Shown one piece after another: positions 1 to 13,671 of a stretch of 64,000 nt of DNA. The notes beneath the pieces were generated by a model that made no database searches, was not told where the DNA came from, and saw nothing but the letters and a program-made list of their open reading frames with translations. Both the position numbers and the translations under genes were made by a program. The stretch comes from Octopus vulgaris (Eukaryota): the NCBI GenBank assembly GCA_951406725.2, contig OX597814.1, positions 143,220,001 to 143,284,000 of the forward strand. The letters are read 5' to 3'. The first letter of the stretch is position 1, and each line of letters starts with the position of its first letter.

Positions 1-1099
1 CGTATATCAATTGCATTTTTCAACAAAGACGTTTATAATTTTTTTTTTCTTTTTTTTAGAAAAGCTAAAATAAAAAGAAAAGAAATATCATCATGAGTGG
101 TACTTATACATGAATGACATTTATGAAAACCTGTCTCCTTTGAAAGATATTGAAACACCTGCTTTCAATAGTGTAGCTATTTCAATGATGTGATTGGCTG
201 TAATACGAGAGGATATTGCACTGTGATTCCTTTGTATATTACGTAAATTCACTCAAGTCATAGCGCCGATTTCATGTTTATTCGTTTTGTTTTTTTTTAT
301 CTAATTTAATTTTTCTTTTAAAATCTGGATTTAATACGCTGAAATACATTTCACAAACTTTAGATAACATTTTTTTTTAAATGACAAAAAATGTTCACTA
401 ACATTACTGATTTCCGATTAATCATAAGAGCCACGCAATCGGAAACATGTTAAGTACACCGCAGTAAGTTTATTTTATCGATTCTGGAAGGCAAACTCAA
501 TCACGACGAAGGGTTAAACTCAGAACTTTGAAGGAGGAACGTTATTTTTAAATACCACAGGACATTTTGTCAGATGCTCTAAACGATTCTACCAATCCAA
601 TACCCTTAACCTTTAAATAATATTGGCTTAAATAATCACTCAACAAGTTATATTGGTGTCCGTACACGTCAAATTAGAGCGTTGTTGATAAGGAAAAAAT
701 CCATATCGCTTACTGGACGTAAGTGGTTTGTTTGCTAAACGATTTGAGCATTTGCTACGCTGCAAATAACTCAATGTGTCAGCTTGATACGGCGTCTAAG
801 TTAATAGTTTGGTATTATGTCTCAATAGCTAGTTATATATATGCAAACGTTTGCTCCAATAATGATTAATTTGCCACCAAAGATAATATCTATCAATTCA
901 ATTGTTACTTGGTAACGGGCTGATATTTCCCCGGCTTTTTACAAATGATATGGGGCGGTTTGAATACATAGCTTATCTTGATATTTCCTGCTCCCCTAAA
1001 CGGCGTTAATTATTGACATGAGCAATGAAGCAGTACTAGCATTTATATCAAACACTATGGCATATGTGTGCGCACACACACTCACACACAAATATACTT

Positions 1100-1785
<686 letters not shown>

Positions 1786-1899
1786 AATCTGATTCTGAAG
1801 GGATGGTTTCGTGAGCTAGCATATGTATTTTAAGTCTAGATATTGTCTTACAAGTTTTGTGACATATGGTACAAGTTGTAAGAAGTAGTCAGGTTTCAA

Positions 1900-2903
1900 G
1901 TTTATTACCTGCCTGGACATTTTAATTTTCATGTGACTTCATCGTACGCAATACTTATCCAATATTCACTGTTGATTTCGTTTCCAATCGTTCCTTTCCG
2001 ACAGGCCCTTTTAAGCTCAGTGTTCTGAATCATCCTTTCCTCCCAGCCGTTGCAACCAATCCTAACAGCACTTCTCTACTTGTTTCGATCCAGAGCATCA
2101 GTTTCCCATTCATATCTAGTTTCTTCGGGTTTTCCTTCTCACAGTCTTTGTACCTTTTCGTTGGCTTATGTTCTGGTTGCTTACCAGAGCTGAGCTCAAT
2201 ATAAAAATATTAAAAAAACCTTTTGGCAATCGCTCATCTTTTATTGAAATAACATTTCTAGCTTACCTCGTTTGAGCCAAGTTGATATGTCGTTCAATTG
2301 AACTACAACGTGCTATGCACAAAGCTTCTGTATCTGGTGTGAAATATTCCTACTTGACACCCACGATACGTCTGAGGCAGTTTTGATGAACTCTCCCCAG
2401 AAATCTTATGTGACGCCTGTGAGTGGTCCACGTCTCACTCGAATAAGGAAGTGTGGTCAAAACAGACGTTTTATAGACACTGATCTTTGTCTGCAAGGAA
2501 ATACCTCTATCCGCCTATGCCCGCTTTTCTAACTTTCGAAATGCAACATTTCCCTTTCCCTATTCTCTTTACAGGGAGCGTCCAAGGTAAACAAAAGTGT
2601 CAATGATTTCTAACTTTATTTCAACCACAAAAACGTTTGGTTCAGAACAGGTTTGTTCAAGTGCGAGAGTAAACATTACCTTGGTTTTTTCCCAGGACTA
2701 ATTGTGACTACAAAATATACACATGCAGAGGAAAATCTGTCCTTTATCTGTTGCATATCCTCTTCTGAGTGCGCCAAAAAATTAGCATCATCAGGATAAA
2801 GCAATTCTCTGACAAGTGTTTTGAAAGTCTTTGCTTTGCAGGTAAACCGGGTAACACTAAAAATGTGACCAGGTATCTGAAAATTCGTGTGATAATTCAC
2901 CAT
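1900..2903 (-). mobile_element. Decayed RTE-clade LINE (RT domain and C-terminus)
   Basis: ORF 2676-2903 VRELLYPDDANFLAHSEEDMQQ (YADD box), then IIDTFVYLG, and remnants of an RTE-type WE..A.DR C-terminal motif near 2.1 kb. Confidence 0.75.
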
Positions 2904-3050
2904 TAAAGACTACCTGAGATTTTGTTTCTATGTAGTTCCTTAAAGATGCGTACAAGCAAGTTCGATGGGGATACCAGTTTAGTCGCCGACCATGCGATAG
3001 GTTGTACTGGGTTACATGCTACCAGTAGCGGTCAAGAGTGACCTGACAAT

Positions 3051-3111
<61 letters not shown>

Positions 3112-3129
3112 CACACACACATGTATATA

Positions 3130-3625
3130 TATATATATGCGTAATTTCTCACCTCCCGACATTTTTCTCCCTTTTGTTTCTCTTGTATTCTATATCCTTT
3201 CAAAATTTCCCCCCAGGCGTTACCCATTACAATTTGTTTTGGATTAACTGCCCTTAATGTTTGTCTTCATCAATTGTTTACACTGTACGTCCACTCTGTC
3301 GTTGTTTGTTCTTTCGAAGCTCTAACTCTCCAGAAATTTTATATTTTGAAAATTTCTGGATGCTGCTGTTCTATGAAGTTTTCCTATATTGTCGTTGAAA
3401 GCTCGAAATAGGGAGTAATTAACAGTCGACAACTGAGGAGGGGTTAGACGTCTTTTGGTATTTTGTCCCGTACTTACCTCTCATTATGTGTTTACGTATT
3501 TTTCACACGTTGGTGACGTCCTGTTAATGTATATTTTTTGGTAATTCGTCCTGTACTTATCGCTCGTGTGTCTACATAGTTTTCACTCGTTGGTGATGCC
3601 CTGTACTTGATGCATTTTACATGTG
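3130..3625 (+). repeat. Dispersed non-autonomous repeat (related copies at ~8060-8380 and ~47740-48275)
   Basis: Shared TCGAAA..GGAGTA...CTGAnGA.GGG block and G(A/T)(C/G)GTCCTGTAC-like 3' end next to TA/TG microsatellites. Confidence 0.5.
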
Positions 3626-4134
3626 TGTGTGTATGAGTATTGCACAACTAATTGTGAATATGACCTGAAATGAATTATAAATATGGGAATATCTTAGCTA
3701 GTATAATTTAGGTAGTAAATGTCAACTACATCACTTCTATACTTTCAATGTGAAAACAAAATTGAAACCAGAACAATAGTACTACTGTTTCGTAGTTAGT
3801 TGGACCCATCTTAAAGGAGGCGTACTCGATTTCCTTCACCAATGGAAATTGTGGAGTATTTTGCTGCAAAATATAGGAATCAGTGGATAACTTAATTTGC
3901 ATTCTTATGGTCTTGACGGCTCATCATTAATTATTGAATATATATTCATAACAGGACGGAGAGGGGTTACCAGAAGGACGGAAGTATTTAGGATTGTGTT
4001 TCTTTTGTAGGCTCAAAGGAAATTAGATTTTGATTAGAACGTCCTTATTCGCGAAATCATGGTTGATCATAAAATAAATTATCTTTCCAAGTAAAGAATT
4101 TGATATTCACATATATCCCGGCCGATGCATGTAT

Positions 4135-4560
4135 TTTGACCGATAGAATAAGTACTAGGCTTACAATGAATAAGTCCTGGGGACGATTTGATCGACTAAA
4201 GGCGGTGCTCCAGCATCGCCACAGTAAAAGAGTACTACAGTACAGCGCGGTGAGCCTGCAGAATCGTTGGCACACCGAACAAAGTGCTTAACGGCATTTC
4301 GTCCGTCTTTTTACATTCTGATATCAAGTTCTGTCGAGGTCGACTCTACCTTTTATCCTTTTGAGGTCGATAAAGTATCATTGAGCACTGAGGTCAACGC
4401 AACCGACTTACCCCTTCCTGAAATTTCTGACCTTGTAATGAAAATTGAAACCATTATCGTTATTATTACTACCGAGGTCAACTTTCTTTCATCCTTTCGG
4501 GGTCAATGTAATCGACTTAATCTCTCTCCTCAAATTACTGGCCTAGTGCCAAAATTTGAT
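4135..4560 (+). mobile_element. Cluster of decayed SINE fragments
   Basis: Matches the tail of SINE family 1 and the head/body of SINE family 2 seen elsewhere in the window. Confidence 0.75.
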
Positions 4561-5121
4561 TCCATCATTTACTTATAATGGTTATATGATTATATGCATC
4601 CATCAGCCAAATAGGGAGGGCTATTATTTAACTATGGTGATTTGTCACCATTTTTATCTTGAGCGAGCATTTTCTTTCCTTCACAAAATGCAGTGAAAAG
4701 TTTTTACAGGTTCAAAAATCTCTGAAGCAAACTTGAACTGATTTTAAAATTATTTACTCTCAGTTACTGCTTCACCCATCTAATCATGAATCTGTGTATT
4801 TATGTATAATTTAATGAAAGTAATATAGAGTTGTGAAATTACAAAGTTTTGAAATTATATAAGATAGGATATGATAATCAGATATTATAAGAATATTATT
4901 AAATTTGTTAAGTCTACCGTCGATGTATTAGAATAAAAACAGATTACGAAAATAATGAGAAATTATAACATTTATTAAACTATATTAAACTAATTTAATA
5001 ATATTATTCTACTCTAGTAGTGGAAGTAATATTATTAACTTTAACATAGGTGCAAGCATACCTGTATGGTTAAGAAGATCTCATTGTAACCAGGCGGTTT
5101 TAGATTCCGTCTCACTGCATG

Positions 5122-5265
5122 GTATTCGATCGGATTTAAATTGGAACTTTGAGTTGGCCAGTCCATGAGAACAATACCATTTGAGTCAAACCATTGACGA
5201 GTATTCTTTGCTGTATGACTCCGAGTGTTGTTCTGTTGAAAGATAACACTGTGTTTCGACACTCC
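5122..5265 (-). mobile_element. Tc1-like transposase fragment
   Basis: IFQQNNTRSHTAK...WPTQSSNLNPIE matches the Tc1 FQQDNA..H / WPSQSPDLNPIE catalytic region. Confidence 0.8.
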
Positions 5266-5409
5266 TGGATGCAATTTAGTAATTAATGGCTCTAAAGTGC
5301 ATTCTAATTCCCTTGGACTGACCAATACCTTGTGAGAGAATTTGGTAGATGGACTCTATGAAGAAGCCCATTATATGATACCCCATCGTAGCTACATCTC
5401 AAGTGAAGG

Positions 5410-6342
5410 ATAAAGATAAACTGCGGACATGCTGGGGCTCCACCAGGAAAAGGTGTTAGTCGAGCAAATAGATCCCAGGACATACTTCTTTATGTCTAGT
5501 ACTGATTTTATCGGTCTTTTTTGCCGAATCGCTAAGTTACGGGGACGTAAACACACCGAGCCGTGTGTGGGACAAACACACATACACATACACACACGCG
5601 CGCACACACACATAGATACATCTATATATATATATAGAGAGAGAGAAGTCATTTTTCTGTTTCCATCTACCAGATCCACTCACAAGGTTTGGTCGGCCCG
5701 AGGCTACAGTAGAAGACACTCAACCAAGGTGCCAGGTAGTGGGACTTAACCTGGAACCATGTGGTTGAGAAGCTAGTTTCTTATTTTTTTATTTCCCACA
5801 AAGGGCTAAACATAGAGGGGACAAAGAAGGACAGGCAAAGGGATTAAGTCGATTACACCGACCCCAGTGCGTAACTGGTACTTTATTTATCAACCCCGAA
5901 TGATGAAAGGCAAAGTCGACTTCGGCGGAATTTGAACTCAGAACGTAACGGCAGACGAAATACTTATTTCTTTACTACCCGCAAGGGGCTAAACACAGAG
6001 AGGACAAACAAGGACAGACAAACGGATTAATCGATTATATCAACCACAGTGCGTAACTGGTACTTAATTTATCGACCCCGAAGGATGAAAGGCAAAGTCA
6101 ACCTCGGCGGAATTTGAACCCAGAACGTAACGGCAGACAAAATACGGCGACGCATTTCACCCAGCGTGCTAACGTTTTTGCCAGCTCGCCGCCTTGAAGG
6201 CAAAGTCGACCTCAGCGGAATTTGAACTCAGAACGTAGTGGCAGACAAAATACTGCTAAGCTTTTCGCCCGGTGTGCTAACGTTTCTGCCAGCTCGCCGC
6301 CTTATTGGGAAGCAAGTTTCTTACCACACAGCTACGCCTATA
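5410..6342 (-). mobile_element. tRNA-derived SINE family 1 copy, interrupted in its head by a family-2 SINE array
   Basis: Colinear with the intact copy at 8715-9145; head is split at ~5782 and resumes at ~6305. Confidence 0.85.
5783..6304 (-). mobile_element. Tandem array of SINE family 2 (tailed, young)
   Basis: Two tail-bearing units plus a head fragment; flanked by an imperfect 18-bp duplication TTG(A/G)GAAGC(T/A)AGTTTCTT. Confidence 0.85.
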
Positions 6343-6715
6343 CCCATATTTATAAAACCGAAAGATGTGACATCGCCTGCAGCACGTGCAGGCCCGCGCA
6401 CAATAAATATATGTATTAATGAAGAGAATTAAAAGAGTCTACAAAAGCATAGACATTTTTACTTTGTAATATGTCCACTGTGCCCCAGCCGACCCAGACA
6501 AATGAACAGTGGTCGTATTAAAGTGATTACCGTAATGAAAGCTTTAGCAGCAAAACTGCAAGGAATTTTTTTCTCCTTTATGGTTTTGTTTAGTTTTGTA
6601 CAAATTAATTATGTATTCATTTCACCTAACATTAAGGAGTGTTTGTCTGGAAATTTACTGTGTCTGATCTGTTAATATGAACTAAATGTTTATTCGGTTC
6701 TTCTAATTTGAGTGT

Positions 6716-6830
6716 GTATGTATGTATGTATGTATGTATGTATGTATGTATGTATGTATGTATGTATGTATGTATGTATGTATGCATGTATGTATGTATG
6801 TATGTATGTATGTGTGTGTGTATATATGTA
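6716..6830. repeat. (ATGT)n microsatellite
   Basis: Visible directly. Confidence 0.95.
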
Positions 6831-7694
6831 AGCGTATATATATATGTTTATGTTTGCGTATATAGAAATTTATGTCTATATAGATATCTACATCTACATA
6901 CACACATACAAACAGCCTAATATTTATCATACGTAGAGGTACACATATACACCTAATTATTGTGCCATTGCAACCCGATAACATCGAATCAGAAGAAGTA
7001 GCCATTTTATGTAATTATTGTTATGACGAAAGAAATTTAATATGCTAACGATTTAGTTTTGTTTTAATGAGTTAATTAAAGGAGGTACGCAGCGCATGGC
7101 GCTGTTTCCATAGTTTCCTAAACCAAAGCGGAAGTCCTCATTAAACCAGGATGTCGTCGGAATGAAGAGAAGGGACGCTACAAAAGGTACCTGGTGACTA
7201 GTGGTTGGTGTTAATTATGATGAAGCAAGCTGTAAACAAATTGTTATCTAAAAAGAGAACAACGGATATGAACGTGTGTGTTTAAATGTGTGCGCGCAAG
7301 TGTGAGTGTGCGCATGCGTGTGTATCTATATTGAGCTTTTCCATTTGGCTCAGTTTTGTTCTAATTCTGCAAATTGCATAGCGGAATAAGTGTACTTTAC
7401 TGTACTCTACACTTTTTGTATATGTCTTAGGTTTATATTTTCTACGCCTTCTACGGCCAAAGTAGGACAACTGTTGGTTTGGTGATGCCTACTGAGGAAG
7501 AAATATAGGCCTTTGGAGGACCACCCTGCTTGAATTTTCCTTAATCACATGTTACTTCCGAATAAACTATTGATTCTTTAAATCATCTCACTCTTTCATC
7601 CGGAGTCGGTAAACAACAAGGAGACTTGGTAGGCATTTGTATATCTTCTCTCCGTTGAGAAAGTAAATATGTCTGCTTAACTGAGATTTACTCC

Positions 7695-7746
<52 letters not shown>

Positions 7747-7750
7747 CTTA

Positions 7751-7781
<31 letters not shown>

Positions 7782-7976
7782 ACATAAGTATGAATGTGAG
7801 CTTATATCAGGTGTCTGCTTACGTATGTATGCATATATGTATATATAAATATGTAGGTAATATATATATACGTATTATATAAACTATAATAAAATATAAT
7901 ATAATACACATCCATCCATCCATACATACATACATACATTCATACCTACATAGATACATATACATACATACATACA

Positions 7977-8010
<34 letters not shown>

Positions 8011-8381
8011 CATACATACATACATACATACATACATACATACATTCACTATTTTCCTCTCGTTCTGGTCTAACGAACCTCCATGTTTGTTTTCGTTCGG
8101 TTTCCTTGTATGTCTTCACTGTCCTGTTTTTGTTCCATAATTTGACCCTTCGTAAATCCTAAATTTTAGTTTAGAATTTATGGGAGCAACTGTCTTTGAA
8201 GACTTATATTGTCGGTGAATGCTCGAAATGAGGAGTAGATACACAGCCAACAGCTGACGAAGGGTCGTTTTTCTGTGTTTACATGTCCTGTTTTCCATCT
8301 TTCCCCTCGTTGCTTACGTATTAACTCGTTTGTCTTCTTATTTCATTTTTTACGCAGTTGATGACGTCCTGTACCCATATA

Positions 8382-8475
<94 letters not shown>

Positions 8476-8714
8476 ATGATTTGTATATATATATATATAT
8501 TATTTATTATACATATATACATACACACACACACACACACACATTATAGAGAAGTCTTTAAGTGGATACGAAAGGAAGATAGTGGAAAACAGCAGCTCAT
8601 CTTCTGACAATTAGTTGATGTAATGGTTGTCGTTGTACTTCAGGCCAACCTTGATCGTGTAAAATTATGATAAAAGGCTTCAAGACTAGAACTCGTCTAT
8701 ATATTCTTACGCTT

Positions 8715-9145
<431 letters not shown>

Positions 9146-9402
9146 TATATATGCAGGATTGTTTAAAAAAATATTGTCCCATGTGTCTTTTCAATTTTCA
9201 TGATGAACGAATGTGATGTCAAGGAGATTTCGATGCTAACTTTTAGCAAGTCGAACGACGGTTGGAAATTTCTTTGCTGGCTCCTAGTTTGTGGTTGTTG
9301 TTTGTTGGTGAGTCAAAAATGTGTAACAGTCGAACGATGTTTGATAGATGCAGTTCAAACTAGTTAAGTGTTTGCACGTGTTATTCTCTCCCATATATAT
9401 AC

Positions 9403-9444
<42 letters not shown>

Positions 9445-9689
9445 CACTTGACAAGTTGTATTTTTGGCTGTCAGGCAATGAATAATAATCTGAGTTTTGA
9501 ATTTCCGGCTTTGAAGAACCAGTCTTGGCCCTTTTGCAGATATGTTAACACTATGAAAAGTCATAACTCTTGACTAAGAGGTGTTGATGTCGTCAGATGT
9601 TCATTGTACTTTTGAACCCTGAACAGAAACACCCAATGTCAACTGGTCAACAGTACTGGTCAAATCACTACCCGTATTATGCTAACTTT

Positions 9690-10030
9690 CAGTCTATTTC
9701 GTCGCTGTTTCACCATAAACAAGGAGAATCTTTCTCTGATATTTCCCCTATTCTGTAAGCTGTCTTTCTCTGTTTTTCTGTCATTCCAGTGTCTTTAAAC
9801 ACTTTACATACAGGCTAGGCAGAGAATCCTTTACACCTGATAACAACTAGAAAGATTTATGCTGTCATTTTTCTCTCCGTGCAATTTTCAAAATGGTTCT
9901 AGAATTTGCTGCTTTTTCGTTCAAAGGTTTCATCGCACACATCTGTAGCCATGCATCTTAGAATGATATTCATGAGAAAGAAGATGCTAGAGTAGCCCTT
10001 GTATGATGTGCATACCAGAATTGTTTTGAT
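9690..10030 (-). mobile_element. Decayed C-terminus of a restriction-like-endonuclease LINE (HERO-like)
   Basis: Minus strand CDETFERKSSKF and RCKGFSA*PVCKVFKDTG...SEKDSPCLW resemble the EA.ERK..KY and VGCRGF...AS.WLW motifs. Confidence 0.55.
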
Positions 10031-10129
10031 TTTTTTAAAGGAAAGGCTGTTATAACTGCCCCAGATTATTATAGTTTTAGTATATCATTACTAGACATCT
10101 AATTAGCAGGCCGGCTAGCTTTTTATTCC

Positions 10130-10527
10130 AGAGTGAAAGAGATGCCGTGTACCAGCACTATCAAACACTATCCGTCACAGACTACTGAACACTGATCGTC
10201 ACAGTTCCATCCTGGTAACCAACTACTTGACAGAGATCGGCGTCAAAACTGTTCCTGGCTCACCCTCCAGTACAAGCCTTGCTCTCTGTGACTTTTGATT
10301 GTTCCCCAAGCTGAAAATAAAACCTCAAGGGCAATCGTTTTTGAAGACATTGAGCACCTTCACTTTGGAGGACTTCCCTGGGGCCTTCACAAAGAGGCTG
10401 GTGCACTACAATAAGTGCACTGAAGTCGGAGGATCCTACGTTGAGGGAAGCTAGAATTTTTTTATTTCTTTGAAATTCATAAATGTTTCTTCTTAAAAAG
10501 TTTCAAAACTTCTGGAATGCACCTCGT
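10130..10527 (+). mobile_element. Mariner 3' fragment
   Basis: LTEIGVKTVPGSPSSTSLALCDF*LFPKLK (decayed YSPDLAPCDFWLFPKLK); terminus ACTTCTGGAATGCACCTCG followed by TA. Confidence 0.75.
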
Positions 10528-10756
10528 ATTTCTGTAATACAGTCACATGACTGTCTCTCGATATTGTTCTCTGAGATTAAACTATTATGTTCTCGCAAAA
10601 GGATATTTCCAACAGCTCTGTTCATAGATGTCTTTTAATTCCATTTATATCTAAGAATATTAAATCGACCCCAGTAAGTGACTGATATATGTAATTTATC
10701 GCCCCCGAAAAGGTCATAACTAAATGCAACAAAGCATATTTTCCAACACTATAACT

Positions 10757-11009
10757 CATCGGTTCTCAAACATTTTGTTTTACCTATGGGCTCCCTTTGA
10801 TTCCTATTTTGCTTTGTAGGACTCTCATAGCCATTCAATGTTTAAAGAATCCTATTATATTTTTTATGATTAAATATCATTATAAGAATTGTATAAAAAC
10901 CGTTGTTAAAATATTTTGTGCATTGTAGAATTATAATCGGTTTATTGAACTACCAACAAAATTTTATGTGGACCCCCAACGGCCATATGGACCCCGGCTG
11001 AGAAACACT
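10757..11009. mobile_element. hAT-like MITE (related copy at 23059-23580)
   Basis: Termini CATCGGTTCTCAA / CTGAGAAACACT; internal homology to the 23.06-23.58 kb copy in opposite orientation. Confidence 0.6.
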
Positions 11010-11130
11010 ACTTTAATGATTCTTTTGGCAGGACGTGCACAAATTCTTTCGCCAAATTAACGTATGCCTGCGTGATGAGCACATCCCGCATGGTATCATC
11101 CCCCTCCCCACACAGTTCCTAAATTATAGA

Positions 11131-13671
11131 TAAACCGTCTTATCTCTAATAACTTTGATGAGTCCTAAGCGCCACTCCTCAACAACATCAATTGACTGAA
11201 TACTTTTTAAGATCTCTCTTTATAAAAAACTTGCTCTTGTCTGACTGGCAGGATATCCGCAAATTCTCTCGTTTAAATATAAACATACCTTAACCCTCCA
11301 TACACACAGACGAGTATACGTGCACAATTTGTATATGTAAAAAAAAACAAACAAAAAAAAAAACAGACAAAAATGTCTGTCTGCCCCAAATTTGCAGATA
11401 GACATTTGTTGCAAAATTCTCAAACTCGCCACTCCTCAACGAAGACGGATTTCGAATTTCATTGGAGAGATCTGATTAGTGGAGAGTGAATCACAGAAAA
11501 TAACACAAATTGACAAATATGTTCGTCATCCCTAATTTGCGCCATTGCGTTTAAAATATTGAAAGGAAGGGTGATGTTATTCTCTGTACTTTTATTGGTT
11601 TCTGTTATTGGAGTGCGGCCGTACCGAAGCATCGAGTATAGTCGATTACATCGAACCAAGTGTTTATAATGGTTTCAAATTTGACACAAGGTCAGCAATT
11701 TCGGAGTAGGGAATAAATCGATTACATCGACTCCAGTGGTCAACTGGTACTTATTTCATCGAGCCTGAAAGGATGAAATGCAAAATCGGCCTCGACGGAA
11801 TTTGAATGCAGAACGTAAAGAAGAATGAAATGCTGCAAAGTATTTTCCCCGGCGTACTTAACGATTCTTATTTCTTTATTGCCCACAAGGGGCTAAACAT
11901 AGAGGGGACAAACAAGGACATTAAGTCGATTACATCGACCCCAGTGCGTAATTGGTACTTAATTTATCGACCCCGAAAGGATGAAAGGCAAAGTCGACCT
12001 CGGCGGAATTTGAACTTAGAACGTAACGGCAGTCGAAATACCTATTTCTTTATTACCCACAAGGGGCTAAACACAGAGAGAACAAACAAGGACAGACAAA
12101 CGGATTAAGTCAATTATATCGACCCTAGTGCGTAACTGGTACTTATTTAATCAACCCCGAAAGGATGAAAGGCAAAGTCTACCTTGTCGGAATTTGAACT
12201 CAGAACGTAACGGCAGATGAAATACCGCAAAACATTTCGCCCGGCTTGCTAACGTTTCTGCCAGCTCGCCGCCTTATTCCAAGTATGTAGGATATTGATT
12301 TCAAAATTTTGACCCAAGGCCAGCAAGTTCTAAGGAGGGGTAAGCCGGTTACATCAGCCTCCGTGTTCAACTGGTACTTATTTGATCTACCCGAAATGGA
12401 TGAAATGTAAAGCCAACTTCGGTGATATTTGAACTCAGGACGTAAGGACGGACGAACTGCCGCCGAGCATTTTATCGGTCCCGAAGTAATGAAAGGCAAA
12501 GTCAGCCTCGACAGAATTTGAACGCATAACGTAATTAAGGACGAAACGCCGCTAAGCATTTTGCCCGTAGACCAGGGTACACTTATCCTTAATACCCATT
12601 TCTTCTTACACAGACTCAAGTCTTTGGAATACCCTCCCACACACACACACATACACACACTGTTCAAGTTAATTCTTTCTGTTGTTGAATTTCAGAAGAA
12701 ACATTAGCTACATCGATCGCACCAGACTCGATGGGCTCTGAGAAGGCTTTTGGTAAAGTTCCCTCCTCGAGACAAAATCTAATAAAAATTTTTTTATTTA
12801 AATAAAGGAAAAGAAACGCTTCCCCAAATGAAAACAATCATTTATGTATTTAAATTTAATGTTCTTCTTTTGAATTGGAAGTTATTGGTTTTCCGTCGAT
12901 TTCGATGATGATTATTTAGTTGTTCGCTCAAGTGAATCGCCTGTTCTTAGAATCAATGTGTAAGGTAGCTGAGCAATTCAGAGGTACGTGTACCCTTAAC
13001 GTAAGTCTCTGATAGAATCAGCATGACACAAAGTGTGATGAAGCTGTACTTTTGAATTGCAGATACAACTCATCCGACGGGGTTCATCATAGTTTCCGTC
13101 TACCCTCAGTTTCACTCATACGGTATGGGTTGACTTGATATAAAAACAACAAAAAAAAAAACATTAACTCAAAATGTCTCGCATTGAGATGGAACCAGAG
13201 AGTTCGTGATTGCGAAAAAAAGTAACCCCTCCCCAACTCTTTACTAGAATGAAAGGAAATTGGACGCGATTATGATAAGAAGTATCGTTGCTGTTACCTG
13301 CTTCATCTTTTGCAAATCGAAATGTAATGGAATAATTGTGATACTAATTTATTTATGAACGTCTGTAATTTTCTGTTACTTACTTGCCACTAATCCGATG
13401 TCACTAATCCGATATATTATCAAAACCATCTTTGTTGAGGAGCAACAAGTAGGAAAATCTTGCAAAATTATCTGTCTGCAGTTTTGATGGGTTAAGATAT
13501 ATTTTATTTAAACGAGAGAATTTGCGGATATCCTGTTGGTCAGACAAGTACATTTTTAATAGAGATCTTGAAAATATTCTTTCATGAATACGTGACAATT
13601 TAGTGGCTAGACGTTATTGAGGAGTGACACTAAGAATGATTCATCGAAGTTATAAGAGTTGAGGAGGTTTA
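11131..13671. mobile_element. Putative long-TIR (foldback-type) non-autonomous element with nested SINEs
   Basis: 11131-11430 and ~13440-13671 are diverged inverted copies (e.g. GGATATCCGCAAATTCTCTCGTTTAA vs TTAAACGAGAGAATTTGCGGATATCC). Confidence 0.55.
11869..12275 (-). mobile_element. Tandem array of SINE family 2 inside an older related SINE
   Basis: Two tail-bearing units nearly identical to those at 5.8, 26.5 and 63.6 kb. Confidence 0.85.

Noticed and set aside
5783-6304. Regularly spaced repeats resembling a CRISPR array (also 11.9, 26.5, 63.5 kb)
   Set aside because: Whole units repeat with no unique spacers, no cas genes, eukaryotic context; these are SINE arrays
7085-7140. Promoter-like motifs (ATGGCG, CGGAAGT)
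   Set aside because: Short motifs with no linked gene; could occur by chance
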